Below, piece by piece: positions 25,618-27,886 of a stretch of DNA of 27,886 bases. This stretch comes from a virus (Duplodnaviria; Heunggongvirae; Uroviricota; Caudoviricetes). Under the pieces are notes generated by a model, which was not told where the DNA came from, made no database searches, and was given only the letters and a program-made list of their open reading frames with translations. How positions within the stretch are numbered: the stretch's first letter is position 1; each line of letters begins with the position of its first letter. The stretch spans positions 64,001 to 91,886 of the IMG/VR virus record IMGVR_UViG_3300038443_000233, one strand, 5' to 3'. Made by a program: the position numbers and the translations under genes.

Positions 25618-25710
25618 GCTATATTTCCTTTATGTAAGTTCGTAGCCTTTCGGTCTTACGCAATCGCCGTTTTGTTTATAGACACTGACGGCATTTCGTC
25701 TCTCGAAACT

Positions 25711-25869
25711 TTAGCGGGCCTTACGAGCCGCGTCTTTCGCCGTCTTGCCCGGACGAGCCACCGGATGCAGGCCAGCAGCTTTCAGCAGGCGGATGCAGTT
25801 CTCGTGCGTACGTGGGGCGTTGCCGATGGCACGGGTCTGAGCGGCGGTCATGAAATTCTTACGATCCAT
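25711..25869 (-). CDS. Small basic protein (not in ORF track)
   Basis: MDRKNFMTAAQTRAIGNAPRTHENCIRLLKAAGLHPVARPGKTAKDAARKAR, 52 aa, AAAAGGAG RBS. Confidence 0.7.
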   Translation of the reverse strand: MDRKNFMTAAQTRAIGNAPRTHENCIRLLKAAGLHPVARPGKTAKDAARKAR

Positions 25870-25894
25870 TTGTATCTCTCCTTTTCAGTTTGGT

Positions 25895-25972
25895 TGGTAG
25901 GTCGTGTAGGACTTGAACCTACGACATCGGAGGTAGAAGCTCCGTGCTCTAATCCGTCTGAGCTAACGACCC
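25895..25972 (-). tRNA. trnR-UCU: tRNA-Arg (anticodon UCU), encoded CCA
   Basis: GGGTCGT/ACGACCT acceptor stem, GCTC/GAGC D stem with A20, CGGAG-CTTCTAC-CTCCG anticodon arm, GTAGG-TTCAAGT-CCTAC T arm, ACCA end; 78 nt. Confidence 0.95.
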
Positions 25973-25981
25973 AGAAACGCT

Positions 25982-26010
25982 ATCTTACACTACGTAGTGT
26001 TACTTGTCAA
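25982..26010 (-). promoter_or_regulatory. Sigma70-like promoter for the tRNA, with a 14-bp perfect palindrome in the spacer
   Basis: TTGACA (26005-26010), 17 nt, TAAGAT (25982-25987); ACACTACGTAGTGT at 25987-26000. Confidence 0.75.
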
Positions 26011-26013
26011 GAG

Positions 26014-26460
26014 TTACGCTTCGCCGGTCAGGTACGGCGACTCTACCATAAGTTCCCGGCAACCAAGGCCGAACAGGTCGAGAAAGTTCGGCATGTACAG
26101 TGTGTTACGGGTTTCGAACTTACCATCATCAAGTATGTACTTGATTTCCGAGGTCGTCACGAACTCGTTCGGCGGAAGCAACGGATGGTCAATTGCGAAC
26201 ACCGAACCACTCACACCCACGCTACCACTCATCGGCTTGGTGACATCGAAGTGAACGACATCCACCAGAGTCGAAGCGTCGTGGGTGCCTACGTCACCAT
26301 TTGCGCTCTTCAGGGTGACGGAATCACCGTCGATGGCAGTGATGCGGCCGATCTGGCTGACGATATCATCCTCGCTAAGTTCTTCGCCTGCTTGGATGCG
26401 TGCGGCATATTCAGCGAATCGGGTTGCTGCCAGTTGGCCTACGATGAATTGACGAGTCAT
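26014..26460 (-). CDS. Hypothetical protein
   Basis: 148 aa, AAAAGGAG RBS. Confidence 0.7.
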   Translation of the reverse strand: MTRQFIVGQLAATRFAEYAARIQAGEELSEDDIVSQIGRITAIDGDSVTLKSANGDVGTHDASTLVDVVHFDVTKPMSGSVGVSGSVFAIDHPLLPPNEFVTTSEIKYILDDGKFETRNTLYMPNFLDLFGLGCRELMVESPYLTGEA

Positions 26461-26474
26461 GTTGTTTCTCCTTT

Positions 26475-26834
26475 TCAGTTGGTTGGGTCGAACATACGAG
26501 TTATGGAGGCTTCCAGTCGCTCGTAGTTCTTGGTTTGTTGTACTAGCTGTTTAGCAGTGTAGGTACTATAACCGTTCTCGTAGAGCCAGTCAAGTAGTCG
26601 CACAGCATTTATTTTCCGTACGTTGGTAGTGAGCGTACGTTCCACTACGTACCCTTTCGGGAATCCTCTGCTGAACACTGCATCGCTAGGGAATTCTACC
26701 ATAACGAATTCAGGTTCACCAGATTTGCTTTGATGAGCCAGTGTACCGACCCTCGTACGCATCACTACCTCACTAGCTGCCGTCACAAGAGCTTGGTAGT
26801 CCTTGGACGACGCCTTCTTCTTTCTCAGTCCCAC
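26475..26834 (-). CDS. Hypothetical protein
   Basis: 119 aa; GTG start is uncertain and overlaps the upstream stop. Confidence 0.55.
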   Translation of the reverse strand: MGLRKKKASSKDYQALVTAASEVVMRTRVGTLAHQSKSGEPEFVMVEFPSDAVFSRGFPKGYVVERTLTTNVRKINAVRLLDWLYENGYSTYTAKQLVQQTKNYERLEASITRMFDPTN

Positions 26835-27799
26835 GAACCGCCACCACTGTCTGACGAAGACGACGATCCCCAGTCACTTCCGGAAGAGCTGGATGGCGAA
26901 TCAAACCAGCTATTGTCACTACCCGATGAATACGAGGAACGCTTAGTCTCGTAGTCAGTCGTATCACTTTGGTACGACGGTTGGTAAGCTGGGGCAGGCA
27001 CAGCTTGCACAACATCACGTTCAACGTACGTATCACGCTCGATGATCCGGTCTCGACCGTACGAATCGTGGTGATGGCTATGATGCATCATCTCGTTCAG
27101 CATCATACCATTCACCATACCGTTCATCTGTGCTGCTGCGCTGTTGTCACTATGCACCACTACCGTACTCGGTTGGACAACCACCGGACGCGGACTTGCA
27201 TCGTAGCGACTTTCCATCGGGGCCGAAGTGTACACCGGATGCGGCGGAGCGTCATACGTACGGCCATGGTTTGTGTACGTAATGGTAGGCGGAACCACTA
27301 CCGGGCGAGTGTTCTGCCACAACTTATAGACGAAGTAGATAATCAGACCGAGGATAGTCGCCCAGAACAGGAACTTCAGGACAGCCATGATTCCACTACC
27401 GCCAGCCGGTTTCACTTCGGTGTATGTCACCGGAACGGGTTCATATCGCCGTTGGGACGGAGCCAGCCGTTGAACCGGGCTTGGTGCACGTTCCAGCTCT
27501 GCCACCGTACGACCGAACAGGGCCGAGTCTTGTACCTTGTGGTTCTTGTCCAGCATACGGGCCGTCTTCAGTTCAGCAGCCGCACCATCACGGTTGTTGT
27601 CGGCCTTCAGCAGCACGTAGGCGTTGAACAGGTGTGCTTTCGCACTGTCCGGACGCTCACGGAGCACTTCTTGCGTCATCGACTTTGCCGATTGGTAGTC
27701 ACGAGCTGCCAGAGCGTCTTCGATGTCACGTGGTTGCGGCATTGCCAGAGCTGCGACGGTTGCCAGCGACAGAATGATACCAGCGAAAATCTTCTTCAT
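26825..27799 (-). CDS. Signal-peptide TPR-like membrane protein with low-complexity cytoplasmic tail
   Basis: Start ATG 27799 (AAAGGAG RBS). Signal peptide, TPR-like AKAHLFNAYVL helices, TM FLFWATILGLIIYFVY, then a Pro/His/Tyr-rich region and SSDWGSSSSSDSGGGSWD end. Confidence 0.7.
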   Translation of the reverse strand: MKKIFAGIILSLATVAALAMPQPRDIEDALAARDYQSAKSMTQEVLRERPDSAKAHLFNAYVLLKADNNRDGAAAELKTARMLDKNHKVQDSALFGRTVAELERAPSPVQRLAPSQRRYEPVPVTYTEVKPAGGSGIMAVLKFLFWATILGLIIYFVYKLWQNTRPVVVPPTITYTNHGRTYDAPPHPVYTSAPMESRYDASPRPVVVQPSTVVVHSDNSAAAQMNGMVNGMMLNEMMHHSHHHDSYGRDRIIERDTYVERDVVQAVPAPAYQPSYQSDTTDYETKRSSYSSGSDNSWFDSPSSSSGSDWGSSSSSDSGGGSWD

Positions 27800-27835
27800 G
27801 TTCTCTCCTTTGGTTGGATTGACCCTTACGGGCAA

Positions 27836-27886
27836 TTACTTCGAAACGTTGACCATGCCCTTGAAATCGTACGGTACGACGATGGT
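27836..27886 (-). CDS. C-terminal fragment of a probable SPFH/band-7 protein
   Basis: TIVVPYDFKGMVNVSK* resembles the C-terminus of phage SPFH proteins; only 16 codons are visible. Confidence 0.5.
   Translation of the reverse strand, partial: TIVVPYDFKGMVNVSK

Noticed and set aside
25618-25710. Hammerhead ribozyme or c-di-GMP riboswitch in the SSB leader
   Set aside because: Lacks the CUGANGA/GAAA core arrangement and the GEMM consensus; only short generic stems.
25895-25972. tRNA 3' end as a prophage attachment site
   Set aside because: No integrase and no duplicated tRNA fragment in the window; gene content looks lytic.

Overview
Segment of a lytic tailed dsDNA phage genome; a siphovirus-like tail and a Betaproteobacterial host are weak inferences. 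Bases 1-8245 (+ strand) hold two chaperone-capped tail fibre genes, a tail protein, a permuted NlpC/P60 amidase and a GH108 endolysin/holin cassette ending at a strong terminator. Bases 8310-27886 (- strand) are an early/middle block: SPFH fragment, TPR membrane protein, tRNA-Arg(UCU), probable SSB, 5'-3' exonuclease, HNH nuclease, HTH-metallophosphoesterase, MazG-like pyrophosphatase, nrdB/nrdA, glutaredoxin and a HAD enzyme. It also holds an NAD+/ADP-ribose neighbourhood: SLOG, PRPS-like and NAMPT-like genes (matching the known NARP1 anti-defence pathway), a vWA protein and a macrodomain. The most unusual signal is regulatory. All six intergenic sigma70-like promoters overlap an inverted repeat. 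In two of them the -10 box sits at the apex of a 14-18 bp stem whose only non-Watson-Crick pairs are G-T/U on the non-template strand. A recurring (GTAAGA)AGCACTAC motif marks gene junctions. All calls come from manual motif recognition; no database search was run.
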